Shown here: piece after piece, positions 47,928 to 61,491 of the stretch | Layout of the letters: every line of letters begins with the position of its first letter | Position numbering within the stretch: position 1 is the first letter of the stretch | Assembly (NCBI RefSeq): GCF_037042905.1 | Contig: NC_087259.1 | Coordinates: 22,754,001 to 22,818,000 of the forward strand | Reading direction: 5' to 3' | DNA from: Lytechinus pictus | Taxonomy: Eukaryota | DNA length: 64,000 nucleotides | The notes under the pieces: generated by a model | The model's database searches: none | What the model was told of the DNA's origin: nothing | Seen by the model: only the letters and a program-made list of their open reading frames with translations | Made by a program: the position numbers and the translations under genes

Positions 47928-48309
47928 TCGTCTCAATGGAAAGGGGACATTGTATTTTCCCACGGGTCCCGTCATAGTTGTGGAGTAACTATACTTTTTA
48001 AATATGACTTGAACTATACAATTTTATACAAGCAAATTTCGAGTGAAGGAAGGTTTATCCTTTTACGGGTTAATATAGATAATATAGATGATAATGAATA
48101 TATTTTATTGAACATATATATGCACCCAAGGCAGATAAACACGCAGATCAAAAACAATTCTTCAAGCAAATAAATGATAATCTGCTATCAATAAACGACA
48201 TAAAAACTATACCGGTTGTGTCGGTCTGTGATTGGGGGAAATTTTAATACCCGGTTAGATGTAGATTTGGATAGAATGGGTGGAAACCCTCACCTCCATA
48301 ATGACATAA

Positions 48310-50639
48310 GGGCATTTTCACCACAGATGGACACAGAGGCAAAAAAATCAAGTTCATATTCATGTCAAATGCTTTATGTTTTTTAATAAAACAAGACCTG
48401 AAGTTTCTGAGACAAAAATTTTTCCGACTCTGGCAGCCATTTTTTATTTCAAAATGGCTGCCAAAGTATGGATACAAATTAGTGTTGAAAATAGTATATT
48501 GATACATATTTTGTTTTGACAGATTTTTAAAGAACAGGTTTGATCATGATGTTTTCGCCTGTGATTTAGCTTGCTATTATAACACTTTTTAAAATCCCAC
48601 AGAAAGAAACACCAGTAATTCATTCATCTGATAAAAAACGTTGATGAAGTATGTGATATGATGTTATGTAATGTCAGTTACTGAAAACATGAACTTTTTT
48701 TTCTCATTTCCTGGAAAAGAGGATCTATTATATGAAACTTGGTAGATTTCCTCTCTCGGTAACACCCCTCCCTTCTACACCAAAATTAAAGATAACCAAT
48801 TAACAATGAAGCCATAGGGTACCATTAAATATATGTAATGTCAGTTACCAAGTGGAAAATGTAATGTCAGTTACCAAAATGTAATGTCAGTTACCATGAT
48901 AAAACATTGGTTACCAATATTGAAATGCAAATATGTGGTCAAATTTATGGTGAACAAATATTGTATACTTTTTATTTAAGTCTTTCACTTTAAAAGTCAC
49001 ACCAGAAGGAACTTGCTATTGACTTTTAAAAGGTATAGTTCACAAGGAATACTATATGAAATTATGAAGGAAATTGCGTACCCATCGTGCAAAAAAAATT
49101 ACTATGAAATTGTTTTGTACATGCACTTACCAAGTACCTAATTGTTTGTATCAGACAATTTTTTGTTTGGTTCGGGGGGGGGGGGGGTAGGGGGTACTTT
49201 TCCCAACCTATTGCCTAAATCTGCAACATTTTTTAAGCTTAACAATGTGATGAAGGGGATTTCCAGGGTCCCTTTTTTAGTTTCTAGGATTCTTTTGAGC
49301 ATTGCCTCGCTAAAAGTAAATTCCTGGTTTTTATACCTGTTAGTAGTGTGGATGTGTGATACAATTTTGTTTTTGGTTTACAAGTATAGATGAAAAGTGA
49401 AACTTGACAGTTCTGATCAATGTTGCATGGATCTACTAAAACTGGGGGTTTTTTTCGTCTAATTTACAAATACACTGTAGTTCAGTTTCAGTTTAGAAGC
49501 TGGAGTTTATTTTTTGTTGACAGCTTAAAAAAGAAATTAGCAAAGAAAATGATTAAACAAATTATGAAGAGAATTGAAATCCGACAGATATGAACAAGCA
49601 TTGCATGCACTGACCAGAATAGAAATCAATAAAACTACATGGTGCATGAGATTCGGGGGAGGGGTACGTGTAGCCTAGGGGAGGAGACCCTTATTCATTT
49701 TGCCTTTTTTGAGGAGGGGGAGGTTGGAGAAGGAAAGGTTTAAAAAGTCAATATAAAACTGATGAATATATTATGGGTGTATAGTCAGAAAAATCCATGT
49801 GTACAGTCAATGCAATATTGAATTACTATAGGAAAACATGTAGCTGCTATGACCCCACCCCCCCCCCCCCCCCCCCCCGTAAGTAAAACATACATTTCTT
49901 ATCTTTTTATCTTTTGATAATTAAAAATGTGAAGTATTATGAAACTTTTATGATTTTAAAAAGCCTTACATATAAGTACCAAGAAAATTATGCCTTTGAA
50001 AATCATATAGCACTGGTCAGTTACCGACAAGTAATGATAAAAATGTTCAAATCAAAGAAAGCAATTAAGAAAAAGAAAAAAAAAATTCATTAAAATGTTC
50101 CTAGAAAGAAACTCGAGGGTATACTTCCACATCAAGCTCACTTTCATGTGAAGCCCTGCACAGAAGATACAATGCAATGATTCCACACATTTGACTTCCA
50201 TGTGTTATCTCTATGGCAAATTAAGTGTAATGTCAGTTGCCGTAATGTCAGTTACCAGCATGGTTGTGGAAAAATTATCATAGCCCCCAAAAGACAAAAA
50301 TGAATTGTTAAATATTTTGACACATCTTAACCTAGTAACGGAGGTATATTTACATATTCAAATTTCTCTATCTACTCAGGGACATGAGATATTTCAATTT
50401 TAATGAACACCCTGAAATTGCATGTCCTTTTGCGTAATGTCAGTTACCGACACATTTTTGCTTGCTGATGCGTAAAAAAATGTGGTTACATAGGAAAACT
50501 TAGTATCAGAGTATACAGCAAGGTTCACTTTATTAACTCTATCAAAAGCAAACTCCCATCATTTGTTGTTTTAGAGATACACACAATGAAAGGTGTGAAA
50601 ACATTGTGCCGTGTAATGTCAGTTACCGTGAAAATGCCC
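48310..50639. mobile_element. Non-autonomous DNA transposon, Sola2-like
   Basis: 12-bp TIR GGGCATTTTCAC / GTGAAAATGCCC; 4-bp TSD ATAA; internal motif GTAATGTCAGTTACC repeated about 8 times; no ORF. Confidence 0.8.
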
Positions 50640-53600
50640 ATAAGTGATACTATTAATGAGATACAAAATAATTTTGATTTAGTTGATATTTGGAGACTAA
50701 GGAATCCGTTATTGAGGAGATACTTGGCGGCAATGCCATCCGTTAATACAAAGTAGACTTGATCTTTGGTTTATTTCTGATAATCGACAAGATTTCATAC
50801 AAAAAAATGATATTATACCCGGTGTGAGTTCAGATCATTCTGCAATTATACTTATTATCGAATTATCACAAAAGAAACGACCTTTGTCAATCAACTGGAA
50901 ATTTAATAATAGTCTTTTAGATGATGAACAGTCTCGTGTAGAAATGTCTGAAAATATAGACAATTGGATAACCGAATCGGTTCAATTTGAAGACATACGT
51001 ATGAGATGGGAATTTTTAAAATATAAAATCCGTTTATTCTCTAGGAAATATAGTATAAATAGAACTAAAATTTTAAGAGAGCAGAAAAGGGAGCTAGAAG
51101 GGAAATTAAAACGTCTTCATATTTTGGTGGATAAAGATGGTGAAAAATATGTTGACGAATATGAAAAGGCTAAGCTAGATTATGAAGCGCACATGGACCG
51201 TATAACTCATGGTATAATGGTCCGGTCCCACGCTATCTGGGTAGAATATGGAGAGAAAAACAGCAAATTCTTTTTAAACTTGGAAAAGGCCAAGAAGGCG
51301 AGATCAACAATATTAAACAGACTAAAAGTAGGGGATGAAATTTTAACCGATACTTTGAAAGTGAATACTCATATTAAGAATTTATATGCAAACTTATATA
51401 AAACAGAAGACCCCAAATCGTTTAGTAACTAATATACCCAAGTTATCGCCAAACCAGCGTGACTTATGCGAGAAAGAATGATCTCTTTCGGAATGCACTT
51501 CATCTCTATTTGCCATAGCTAAGAACAAATCACCCGGTAACGACGGAATAACCGTCAAATTTTATTGTCATTTTTGGAGCAAACTTGGACCGTTGGACGT
51601 AGATACTCTTAATTACAGTTTTGAACGAGGAATGATGTCTACGTCATTTTTTAAAAAAGCATTCAACTCATTGAACCACCAATTTTTGATAGAAGTTTTG
51701 AAATGTTTCAACTTTGGGAATAATTTTTGCAAGTTTGTCAGTGTTCTTTACAAAAACATTGAAAGCTGTGTGATGAATAATAACGTTTCAACTGGATATT
51801 TTACGGTCGGAAAAGGAATACGACAGGGGGATCCTTTATCTCCATATCTTTTTATATTAGCTGTAGAAACGCTAGCCATAAACATAAGAAAAAATGAAAA
51901 CATTCAAGGCATAAGATAAAAAATACTCATGAAATTAAGTTGTCTATGTACGCCGATGACATAACGGTTTATTTGTCAAAACTTTGAGTCGTATCATCAC
52001 CTCACGGAAGCTCTAAATGATTTTCAATTATGTTCATCACTCTCACTGAATTACGATAAGACGAAAGCAATGTTTATAGGACAATTCAATTTGCAAAACC
52101 CATCTATACCACTAGATATAAAGTTTTTTAACGTTTTGACAATTCTTGGAATCGACATCTCTTACTCTTTTGAGGATAGAATGGCGCAATTAAAAAGAAT
52201 TCTATCCAACATTAAATCTCAACTAAATTTATGGAAAGCCAGGAATTTATCATTATACGGGAAAATTCAAATTGTGAAAACTTTTGCTACCTCTCAGCTG
52301 TTATATGCAGCCAGCATATTATCTATACCTTATTCATTTATTCATAAGGTGAACACATTACTGTATGAATTCATTTGGGGTGGTCCTGATAGAGTAAAAC
52401 GTGAAGTGTTGGTTAAAGAATACGATGACGGGGGGTTAAAGATAACTTGCATCAAATCGATTATTCAAGCTCAGAAAATTAAATGGGTTTCGAGACTTTT
52501 CTCCTCAAATTCGAAGGGCTGGAAAGATATATGTATAGAATTGTTGTCACCTGTCGGTGGAGAATACATTTTTTATTGTAATTTTGATATGAAATATTTG
52601 AATATTGAAGTGTCAAATTGGTTGATGGACATTTTACAAACATGGTGTTTATTGGAAAGGAAAATAGATATTACCAATGAGTTTATATGGAACAATCAAT
52701 ATATCACATTTAAAGGAAAATCTATTTATAAACCAAACATAAAAGAAGAGGGATTCACTAAAATTACTGATATGTTAGATGAATTTGGACGTCCACTGCG
52801 CTGGAGGGAAGCGAAAGAAAAGGGTTTAAAGTTTACTGAGTATTTTGAATTGTTAGATTGCTATAAAATAATGCCAGAAAAATGGAAAGTTTTCTTTTTA
52901 CAACAAAACTACCATCATCTTGTAAAAGAACCTGGGGATTTCCCTTCTCTTTTCTGTGAATCTGCATTTAGACAAATTCACAATATATCGACTAAGCAAT
53001 TTTATCGCACTTTTTTAAATATTAATAACTCCGAAACCTCCAAGGTGTTTACTTGTTTTAATCAACTTTACAACATCAATAGGCAACAGACTTCCATATT
53101 GTTCACTCTTCCATTACGAATCACTATTGACACCAGACTTCGAATCACACACTATAAAATTTTAAATAACTTAATACCTACAAATGAATGGCTCACAAAA
53201 ACAGGAAAGAAAACCAATGCATTATGCTCTTTTTGCAATGCGACACCCGAGACATTGGATCATTTGTTTTTTGCATGCCCTAAAATAGCATCCTTTTGGA
53301 ATGCGTTGCGTATGAGAGTGACTGATTTTAATCCTAATTATTTCCTTTCACGAGATCCTATTTTATTTGGATTACTAGAACCGTTAAGTCAATCCACCTT
53401 AGCATTTAATTTTCTAATTTTACTTGGTAAACAATTCATTTTGCGATGTAAATACCAATAGACTCTCCCTAGTTTGAAACAATTTAATTATTATCTTTTA
53501 TCTTATAAAGTTACTGAGGAAATTATTGCAAAAAAGAAAAACAAACTCAATAAACACAATGTAAAATGGCAAAACATAAACAATTATTTTTCCATTGCAT

Positions 53601-54416
53601 AAATTGTAACCACTGTAGATTAGCATTTTGTGTTAATCGTCTTTTTGTGTGTTTGTTTTATCTTCTGTTCATGTTGTAGAGGTGTTTCTTATGTCATATT
53701 TTCGGTCATGTTAATACATTAAAATGTCATATTTTTTTTGGTTGCACTATACCCCGGCCATGTCGCCAGGACGACAATGGACCGACGGGTATTACCGTAC
53801 CCCTTTTCTTTTTTGGTTAATGGGTCATCCTGTCGGCAGGACTAGGGTACAAGTTGCTATTCTGAGTACACAATTTATTTAGGATATGTTGTATGTACTT
53901 ATAACACAGTTTGTATCAATGTTCTGTTTGATTGAAGTGCAACGATATGTTTTGTATATGTTGATTGTTTTTGTGATGAATAAAAACTGCAAAGATGAAA
54001 AAAATAATAGTTTTTTTTTTTTAAAGATGTTTTATTGTTTTTCTCTCAAATCAAATTTCATACAACGCAGTTTATAAAGTAACAAATGTAAATAATAATT
54101 CAAACAAATAGTGCGCCTCAGAAGAGATTATTTCTAGATAGATGATGGTAATGATAATAGTATGTATTCATATAGCGAATAATATGATCTCCATAGATGT
54201 GATTTTCATATTGGCCTACATTACAATAGATATCGGATGAATTATTTGAGTTTCATTAAATTACAATATTATTCTACACTATATGGTGATTATTAGTTTG
54301 CGCTAGATTATTATACAGTGCACTTTACATAAATGCCTCTATCAATTATTGAATTATTAGTATTATTATCATACATTTGCTTCATAGGAACACCATTTTG
54401 AAGTAAAACAGGAGAT

Positions 54417-54513
54417 ATGGCAAGAGGGCAGGAAAGAGCTGAGGAAATCCAGCGAGAATTATTCAGAGATATTTGCAATGAAGTAACAGACCGGGAACTG
54501 GATCTTATAAAAC
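54417..54513 (+). CDS. DED-caspase gene, coding exon 1 (DED start)
   Basis: Acceptor TTCATAG at 54387, ATG at 54417, MARGQERAEEIQRELFRDICNEVTDRELDLIK, donor GTAAGA, phase 1. Confidence 0.78.
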
Positions 54514-55630
54514 GTAAGAGTTTATTTTGGTGCCTGTGTTATGCAATATTGTTATTATCAGTATCTTGATTTATTGGAAATAACAGGCTTTGTCATTTGG
54601 CAGCAAATTCAGGGAGATACAAAGTTTCAATACAGTATTTTGTACTGCCCCAACTACTATGTTTCTTCATTATTTTTTTATCAGTACTGATCTATGAGTA
54701 TGAGACATAAACATTTAACGTCAATGGAAGTTACTTTAACATGGAAAAGATCTATTATTGGAAAGAGTTCGCTAAATCGCATCAGCCATCCTAACCCTTT
54801 GGCTGTCGCAAAAGGATCTCTTCCCATTTCTATATCTCCAGCTAATGCAGTAAAGGTTTGCAATTTTGAAGGAAAGTTCTTTCAATTAATTATTCAATAT
54901 TTTCAAAGATAAATAATTATTTTTGCCATAGATGCATTTTCTTCATTTGTGTAACAGATTTTATAACTTATAAACCATTCTGAAGTTTTTATTTAGCATG
55001 AGTGCATTCTACTACCTGAATATCTATGATATAATATTTATAATACCTGCCATAGAGAGAACTTTCATATGTTCAAATTTCTGAACATACACTGCAGCCA
55101 TTGTTTGGAATGCACTTCCAAAAGAAATCAACAAAATCAGTAATTTTCATGTTTATAAAAGGGAGCTATAGTCATATCTGTTAACAAATATTTAATGACA
55201 ATCAAGTTTTTACTCTTCACTTAACATGTTTGTAGCACACTTTGTAAAATTATTTTAATAGTATTTTTATACTGGTCTAAAAGTTGTCTATTCTAAAAAC
55301 ATAGATTTATTCAATATCCCTGCACAGCCATGGTATTAAAGTTCAATTTTTTTTTTTGCAGTGATTCCATTAGATTACTTTTTTAAAATGTAAAATGAAT
55401 GCCCCTTCTGTGTTTGTAATTATCTTCGTCTTTGAATACATTATATTTATTGTAGTAAATTTGTATCTTTCATTTCAATGGGAATGAATAAATCTTGAAT
55501 TTGTGAGTGAGTGGGTGGGTCGGTCGGTGAGTGAGTGAGTGAATAACCATTATTCAGATTGTGAACCATTCTTCATAACTTGAATGTATTCTCCTTATTT
55601 ATTGTGTCCATGTAATCTTTTCTTCTATAG

Positions 55631-55740
55631 AGGAACTTAAACAAAAAGCCTTTGGTGGATTCAAATCTGGGGAAATTGAAAGGGAGCTGAAAACAACAAA
55701 TGATATTTTAGAAAAATTAAAGAGAAAAGGTTTAATCAAA
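55631..55740 (+). CDS. DED-caspase gene, coding exon 2
   Basis: CTATAG|..|GTAAGT; QELKQKAFGGFKSGEIERELKTTNDILEKLKRKGLIK; phase 1 in, phase 0 out. Confidence 0.82.
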
Positions 55741-56499
55741 GTAAGTATGGTAAAATATATTATTTATTCTTTCATGTGAAACTGTTCTTAAGTTATAAAA
55801 AAATGTTTTCAACTTTATTGCACATTATAACCGTTAGCAGGGTTCATGTAATATGGCTATTATACAGTGCGTCCCAGAAAAAAGGAAAGCAGGGTTCCCA
55901 TGTCTTTATTCTTCAAAGACAAGTGAATTATGATATTTCATTTACCCAAATCATACATATCAATTATTATTCCTCTAGATTTTGATACCTAATAATAAAA
56001 GAAAAACTCTTCACGCTTTAATGAGCAAGACGAGTTTGACATTTTAATGTGAAAATCAGAATCCACAAAAAAATTGGACATCATTGGTTCTTGATAAAAC
56101 AACCGTGCTTATTCGACGAATGGCTCATTAGCATTTCTTTTGTATTTGTTAAGTTTCTCTCACTGATTCCTGAAATGAGAGTTGATTCATATTCACACTT
56201 GAATTTCTGCGCAAATCATTTATGATATGCCTCAATATTTCTTGTTTCCAAATTGCCATGCATGAACAATTTGCTAAGCTTTTGGTTTCAAATTAAGATT
56301 CCACTCTTACCATGAGTATCAAATTGATAGTATGGTAAGGTCCCCCAAGTCTGTGCAGTCCCCCTTGTCTGGGCACACGCGTATCTGCACGATTCTATAG
56401 AGAAGATATAATGCAACAAACACTATTCTAGGTCTCTGGAAACCTGTGTCTTTTGCACCACAATGTGAACAAGTATAGTAAGAAATATTGACCCGTTTA

Positions 56500-57656
56500 T
56501 TTGTCTCGCCCACCAGAGACGAAGGCGAGACTTAGGGATTCGTTAAAGTTTACATGCAGGTCAACGTTAAAGTTTACATGCAAGACTCTCCTATGACACC
56601 TAACTCCGCAACCGTAAGTCACTTTTCAACCAAACTTGGATGGTAGATGGACTTGAGGGACCTGCATATTATGCTGCAGTCGGAGGTCACATGGTAAGGT
56701 CAAAGGTCATTTTCAGGTCAACGTTTAAGTTTACATGCAAGACTCTCTTATGACACCTAACTCCACAACCGTAAGTCACTTTTCAACTAAACTTGGATGG
56801 TAGATGGACTTAAGAGACCTGCATGTTATGCTGCAGTCGGAGGTCACATGATAAGGTCCAAGGTCATTTTTAGGTCAATGTTAAAGTTTACATGCAGACT
56901 CTTATGACACCTAACTCCGCAACCGTAAGTCACTTTTCAACCAAACTTGGATGGTAGATGGACTTGGGGGACCTGCATGTTATGCTGCAGTTGGAGGTCA
57001 CATGGTAAGGTCAAAGGTCATTTCCAGGTCACCGTTAAAGTTTACATGCAAGACTCTTATGACACCTTACTCTGCAACTGTAAGTCGCTTTTCAACCAAA
57101 CTTGGATGGTAGATGGACTTGGGGGACCTGCATGTTATGCTGCAGTCAGAGGTCACATGATAAGGTCCAAGGTCATTTTTAGGTCAATGTTAAAGTTTAC
57201 ATGCAAGACTCTTATGACACCTAACTCCGCAACCATAAGTCACTTTTCAACCAAACTTGGATGGTAGATGGACTTGGGGGACCTGCATGTGATACTGCAG
57301 TCGAAGGTCACATGGTTAGGTCAAAGGTCATTTTCAGGTTAATGTTAAAGTATACATGCAAGACTCTCTTATGACACCTAACTCTGCAACCGTAAATCAC
57401 TTTTCAACCAAACTTGGATGGTAGATGTACTTAGGCGACCTGCATGTTATGCTGCAGTTGGAGGTCACATGGTAAGGTCAAAGGTCATTTTCAGGTCAAC
57501 ATTAAAGTTTACGTGCAAGGCTCTTATGACAAGTGTTATTCCATCCCAGTCATTTCACAATGAAGTTTTGATACAATTTTGTTTTGTACCCTCGCAAATC
57601 ACGATATTTCTGGTTATTTTCATTAGTGGGCGAGACACAAAATCGCTTTTGCCTTG
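56500..57656 (+). mobile_element. Helentron/DINE-like non-autonomous element with ~6 x ~155-bp tandem array
   Basis: Subterminal inverted repeat TGTCTCGCCCAC / GTGGGCGAGACA, short 5' stem-loop, central tandem units starting near 56566, 56725, 56881, 57035, 57190, 57345 and 57502. Confidence 0.75.
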
Positions 57657-57737
57657 TGATACTAACTGATTTATTATATTTTATTGATGTTTTTATATGG
57701 GACATGTCAACAAGATTACTGAATTATTGACAATATC

Positions 57738-58009
57738 AGGGCCCCGCCTTGCAAAGAGTTACAATTGATCCAATCAATCTCAACTGTATGGAAATCCATC
57801 CAGAACATAATTTTTTCTACATGAAATTTGCACAATCTTAGTAAACAAAGAGAATCGCACTGAATCTTCAAGAGAATGGTGAATGTATGAATATGCATCA
57901 TATCTAGAAAATATTTTGAACAAATTTGCATTTTAGATGTTGACGTTGCTGGCTGTCCATAGTTGTGGTTGATCGGATTAATCGCAACTCCTTGTAAGAC
58001 AGGGCCCTG
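57738..58009. mobile_element. MITE
   Basis: CAGGGCCCCGCCTTGCAAAGAGTTAC ... GCAACTCCTTGTAAGACAGGGCCCTG inverted ends. Confidence 0.7.
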
Positions 58010-58450
58010 GAATCCAGATTCCTTACATTATTTTCTGCTATGTCTGGCAAGCTTTCAAGTTGTCAAGAATAAACTTTGTACAAAGTGTTTGCATGAAATT
58101 TTACTTTGCGAATAATGGTCCATTTGCTAGAAGCAGGACTCGCTATTGCCAATCTATATTAGAACATGAGGCTTGAGAAACTGCTCAGACTGTCAAAAAA
58201 GAGGAAAAAAAATACTTTGCAATTATAATCTGAGATTGGAAACAGAGTGAATTGTACATTTTTTTACTTGTGACCATCCTGCACTGAACAAACCGTGGCT
58301 ATAACACTGCTTGTTATATTCTAATGTTATTATCATACACTCTCCTGTCAGCATCCTAATCATTATTTTTTCATATTGTAGTATATCGTAGTACGTAATT
58401 CTGAAGTTCTTCATTTTCATGTATCTTGTTATTGTCATTGCATCGCACAG

Positions 58451-58550
58451 ATTGGTGATTATGTAATATTACATAAGCTTGCAGGAGCTATAGAGTCACA
58501 GCCTCTATTGGATTATGTAGCTAAAGCAGAGAACTCATTGGTTGCAATAC
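58451..58550 (+). CDS. DED-caspase gene, coding exon 3 (DED end)
   Basis: CACAG|..|GTAAGT; IGDYVILHKLAGAIESQPLLDYVAKAENSLVAI; phase 0 in, phase 1 out. Confidence 0.8.
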
Positions 58551-58777
58551 GTAAGTTGTGCCACTGTACACTCTTATTACAATAGCTGAAAGTATTTGGA
58601 TTATACGATGAAATCCAAGAATTGTGCTTTTGTGTATTTAGCGTAATTGTGTTCGAAGCACGAATTTCGCCAGATCACACTTTGGTATTTCTCTTAGGAT
58701 AATATAATTATGTAAAACAGGTAATAGGAACACGAGTGATTTTGCCATTTCATTTTTTTCAAAATGATAGTGACATT

Positions 58778-58930
58778 TGGGGCCCATTGCAGAAAAAATT
58801 GCAATCAATCGCAACTCTAAAAATCAGGCGCAACTTGATTTTCAACCAATCAACAGCCCGCATTTGGGACTTGCGATTGGTTTTTTTTCTTGCGTTTTTA
58901 AAATGCAACTCTTTCTGCAACGTTCCCCAG
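58778..58930. mobile_element. Small MITE
   Basis: TGGGGCCCATTGCAGAAA ... TTTCTGCAACGTTCCCCA. Confidence 0.6.
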
Positions 58931-59188
58931 GTTCAATTTATTTTGGTAATGATCTGTACCACATACAGTAACTTCTACTATCAAATGATGGCAAATAGAA
59001 TTCATATATACCGATTTTTACCCAAAAATGAAATTTAGTGTGGATTCATGAATACTATTTTTTGTGAATGGTCAAAACATATTTTCTGTCTAGTAACCTA
59101 CTAAAGTTTATCATCTGATTTTGCATTGGGATCTGATAAACATGGTCTGGATGGTATATAACTTACTTGATTACGTTTGATGTTCCAT

Positions 59189-59790
59189 ATTTATGCCCGC
59201 GCAGACAAAGTCCGGAGGGGGCTTTAAGCGTTGCCCCTGGCCGTCTATCCTTCCGTCTATCCGTCCGTCCCCCCACTTGGTTTTCGCGCAATAACTCGAA
59301 AAAAATATGTAATGGATTTTTAAAAATTTTGGTTTGTAGGTACATGTAGATGACACTAAAATACAGGCCAAGTTCAAATTCAGAGTCCGCAGATCCAAGG
59401 TCAAAGGTCACAGCTCATTAAATATGCGAGTTGGTTTCCACATGATAACTTTGAAATATTTGACGGATTTAAAAAGTTTGTGGTGTGTAGGTAGATGACA
59501 CCAAAATACAGGCTAAGTTCGGAGTCCGGAGGTCAAAGGTCACAGCTCTTTAAATATGTGAGTTGGTTTTTGCATGATAACTTATTAAATATTCAACAGA
59601 TTTTTAAAAATTGGGATGTGTAAGTAGATGACACCAAAATACAGGCTAAGTTCAAATTAGGAGTCCGCAGGTCAAAGGTCACAGCTCATTAAATATGCGA
59701 GTGGGTTTCTGCATGATTACTTTTGAAATATTCACCAGATATTAAAAATGTTTGGTGTCTGGGTAGATGTCATCAAAATACAGTGAGGTC
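59189..59790 (+). mobile_element. Helentron/DINE-like element with (GTCC)n and ~120-bp tandem units
   Basis: TTTATGCCC.. head, ccgtctatccgtccgtcc microsatellite, 3-4 copies of gtagatgacaccaaaatacaggctaagttc..ggtcaaaggtcacagctc. Confidence 0.65.
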
Positions 59791-59908
59791 ACATCAAATG
59801 ACCTGACTGTGATATCTTCTGTCAGAGATTATTATGGAAATGGTGAGTCTTTAGGTCAAAGTTTAAATGTGTTCATTATATATATGCAGTATTGGTTTCT
59901 GCACGATA

Positions 59909-60310
59909 TTAAAGCTAAATGAGCGTAGTTGCAGTAAAACACTGATTTCGTGAGAAAGTCTGTAAAACCAAGGTAAAGTATTGATATATCATCGTGGATC
60001 TAGATCTGGTACAGTTACATAAACTGAACTTTGTGAAATCATAATATCTAGCTAAAAAACGATCACACTGAAGATTGCCAACACAGATAGGCACACGTGG
60101 GACAGTGTATTATTATTGCTGGAATAAAGACCCGACGGAAGTGACCGAATCCGCGCTTATTTTGCTTATTTCTCAGCAATTACACAATTTCTTCCAGAAT
60201 CCTTTGGCACATATTTTTTATTCATACGAACAGACACTTTGGTGATCATTATATTAAATTCTGTAAAAAGTCATTTTGAGATCGTTCCCAAAACTGGAAT
60301 TTATCTTTAA
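59909..60310. mobile_element. MITE (Kolobok-like), copy 2
   Basis: TTAA at both ends; similar to 44309-44696. Confidence 0.82.
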
Positions 60311-61086
60311 GTTCAATCATATTGAATGAATTTCTGATCTCGCTAAGCGGGGTCATCTGTGTTCTTTGGACACGTCAAATTTCTAGTTTTCATATGATTT
60401 TTCTTGTGAATTCTTTGATCACTAAATTGGAAAAATCTCATTATGAGTTTGAATAGAATCCAATAAAATGACCACCCAAGTGTTTGTATGTTATAAGAAA
60501 AGGGATATGCCGATTGTTCCAGGTAGAGAATGCATAATTGTTGAGAAATAAACAAGTTATTAAGCAAAGTTACTTGTAGGTCTGGACACAAAGTTTCCAT
60601 ACTTATCCTGATCGAGGGTGATGTGGTTATGATCGTCATTGATTTTAATGCTCTTTTTTTTTATTATCATTGTTTGCTGTATTTGCTGCCATTTTGATAT
60701 TTTCTATGTATCTTGCCTTCTTCATGGTACAGTTGAAAGTGGACTATTAAAGTGGACTATTCTCATGTAGATGTTTATACATGTTCTGAGGTAATACAGT
60801 CATTTGTCTGTCCCTCAAGATAAGAGAGAATACATTTTCAGCCCTCACACTATTTAGTGCTCATCTTGGCAAGGTGATTTTTTTTAATCTCCGTATTTAG
60901 AAATACTCTCGGTAATAGTGGAACGAAGCAAGGCAGTCGAGGCCGGCACCCAAGCTGATTGCCTTCGTTGCGTTTGTTTAAAACAAGCCATGGTTGATAT
61001 TGATTGTAGTATTTAAGAATGAGCACAATATCAATACCCGCTTGCAAAGTGTTAATTTGTTTCGCTTTTTTCTCTCCATTTTATAG

Positions 61087-61491
61087 AGTGGCCTGTGAAG
61101 CAGCCAAAGACCGATCCCTCTCAAGAAAGCCCGATGCTTGGAGCAGTTGGCTATGGAGCATATGGTGGGCACCATGCCCAGTTCCCAGTGCAAAATACTC
61201 GTCCTCCACCCCCTTACCATCATTATGATGACCCTCAACCCTACCAGCCTACGATGGGACCCCCTCAGCATCAGGCTCCTCGTCGCCAGCAGCACCGTCA
61301 GTTCCAAGATAGCCCCACGAGAACACCACATCAGCAGCCTGGCGCACCTACCCAACAGAATCCCTATCAACAGGGTGGTGTAGCGCCCTCTCAGTTGGCC
61401 CAACCTATAACCGATCCCCACTATTCACACCAAGATGGTGGGAGTAGTACCCATCCGCAGCCCGCTTTCCCACAGTACACTCCCTCGTCAG
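61087..61491 (+). CDS. DED-caspase gene, coding exon 4 (Pro/Gln-rich linker)
   Basis: Strong pyrimidine tract + TATAG acceptor; QWPVKQPKTDPSQESP..YTPSS; donor GTGATT; phase 1 in and out. Confidence 0.8.

Larger units (their letters stand above)
47192..54006 (+). mobile_element. L1/Tx1-clade LINE ORF2 pseudogene interrupted by two DNA elements
   Basis: Endonuclease SLNVRG, LQETY, FSHG..CGV, SDHS; WKFNNSLL, WEFLK, GEKNSKFF; RT QGDPLSPYLF, YADD near 51949; C-terminal CSFC..ETLDHLFFAC; several stops, frameshifts and an RT deletion near 51645; AATAAA and A-rich end near 53980-54006. Confidence 0.9.

Noticed and set aside
56947-57669. ORFs with repeated peptide units
   Set aside because: Translation of the non-coding ~155-bp tandem array.
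60978-61421. 147-aa minus-strand ORF
   Set aside because: Antisense to the Pro/Gln-rich caspase exon.
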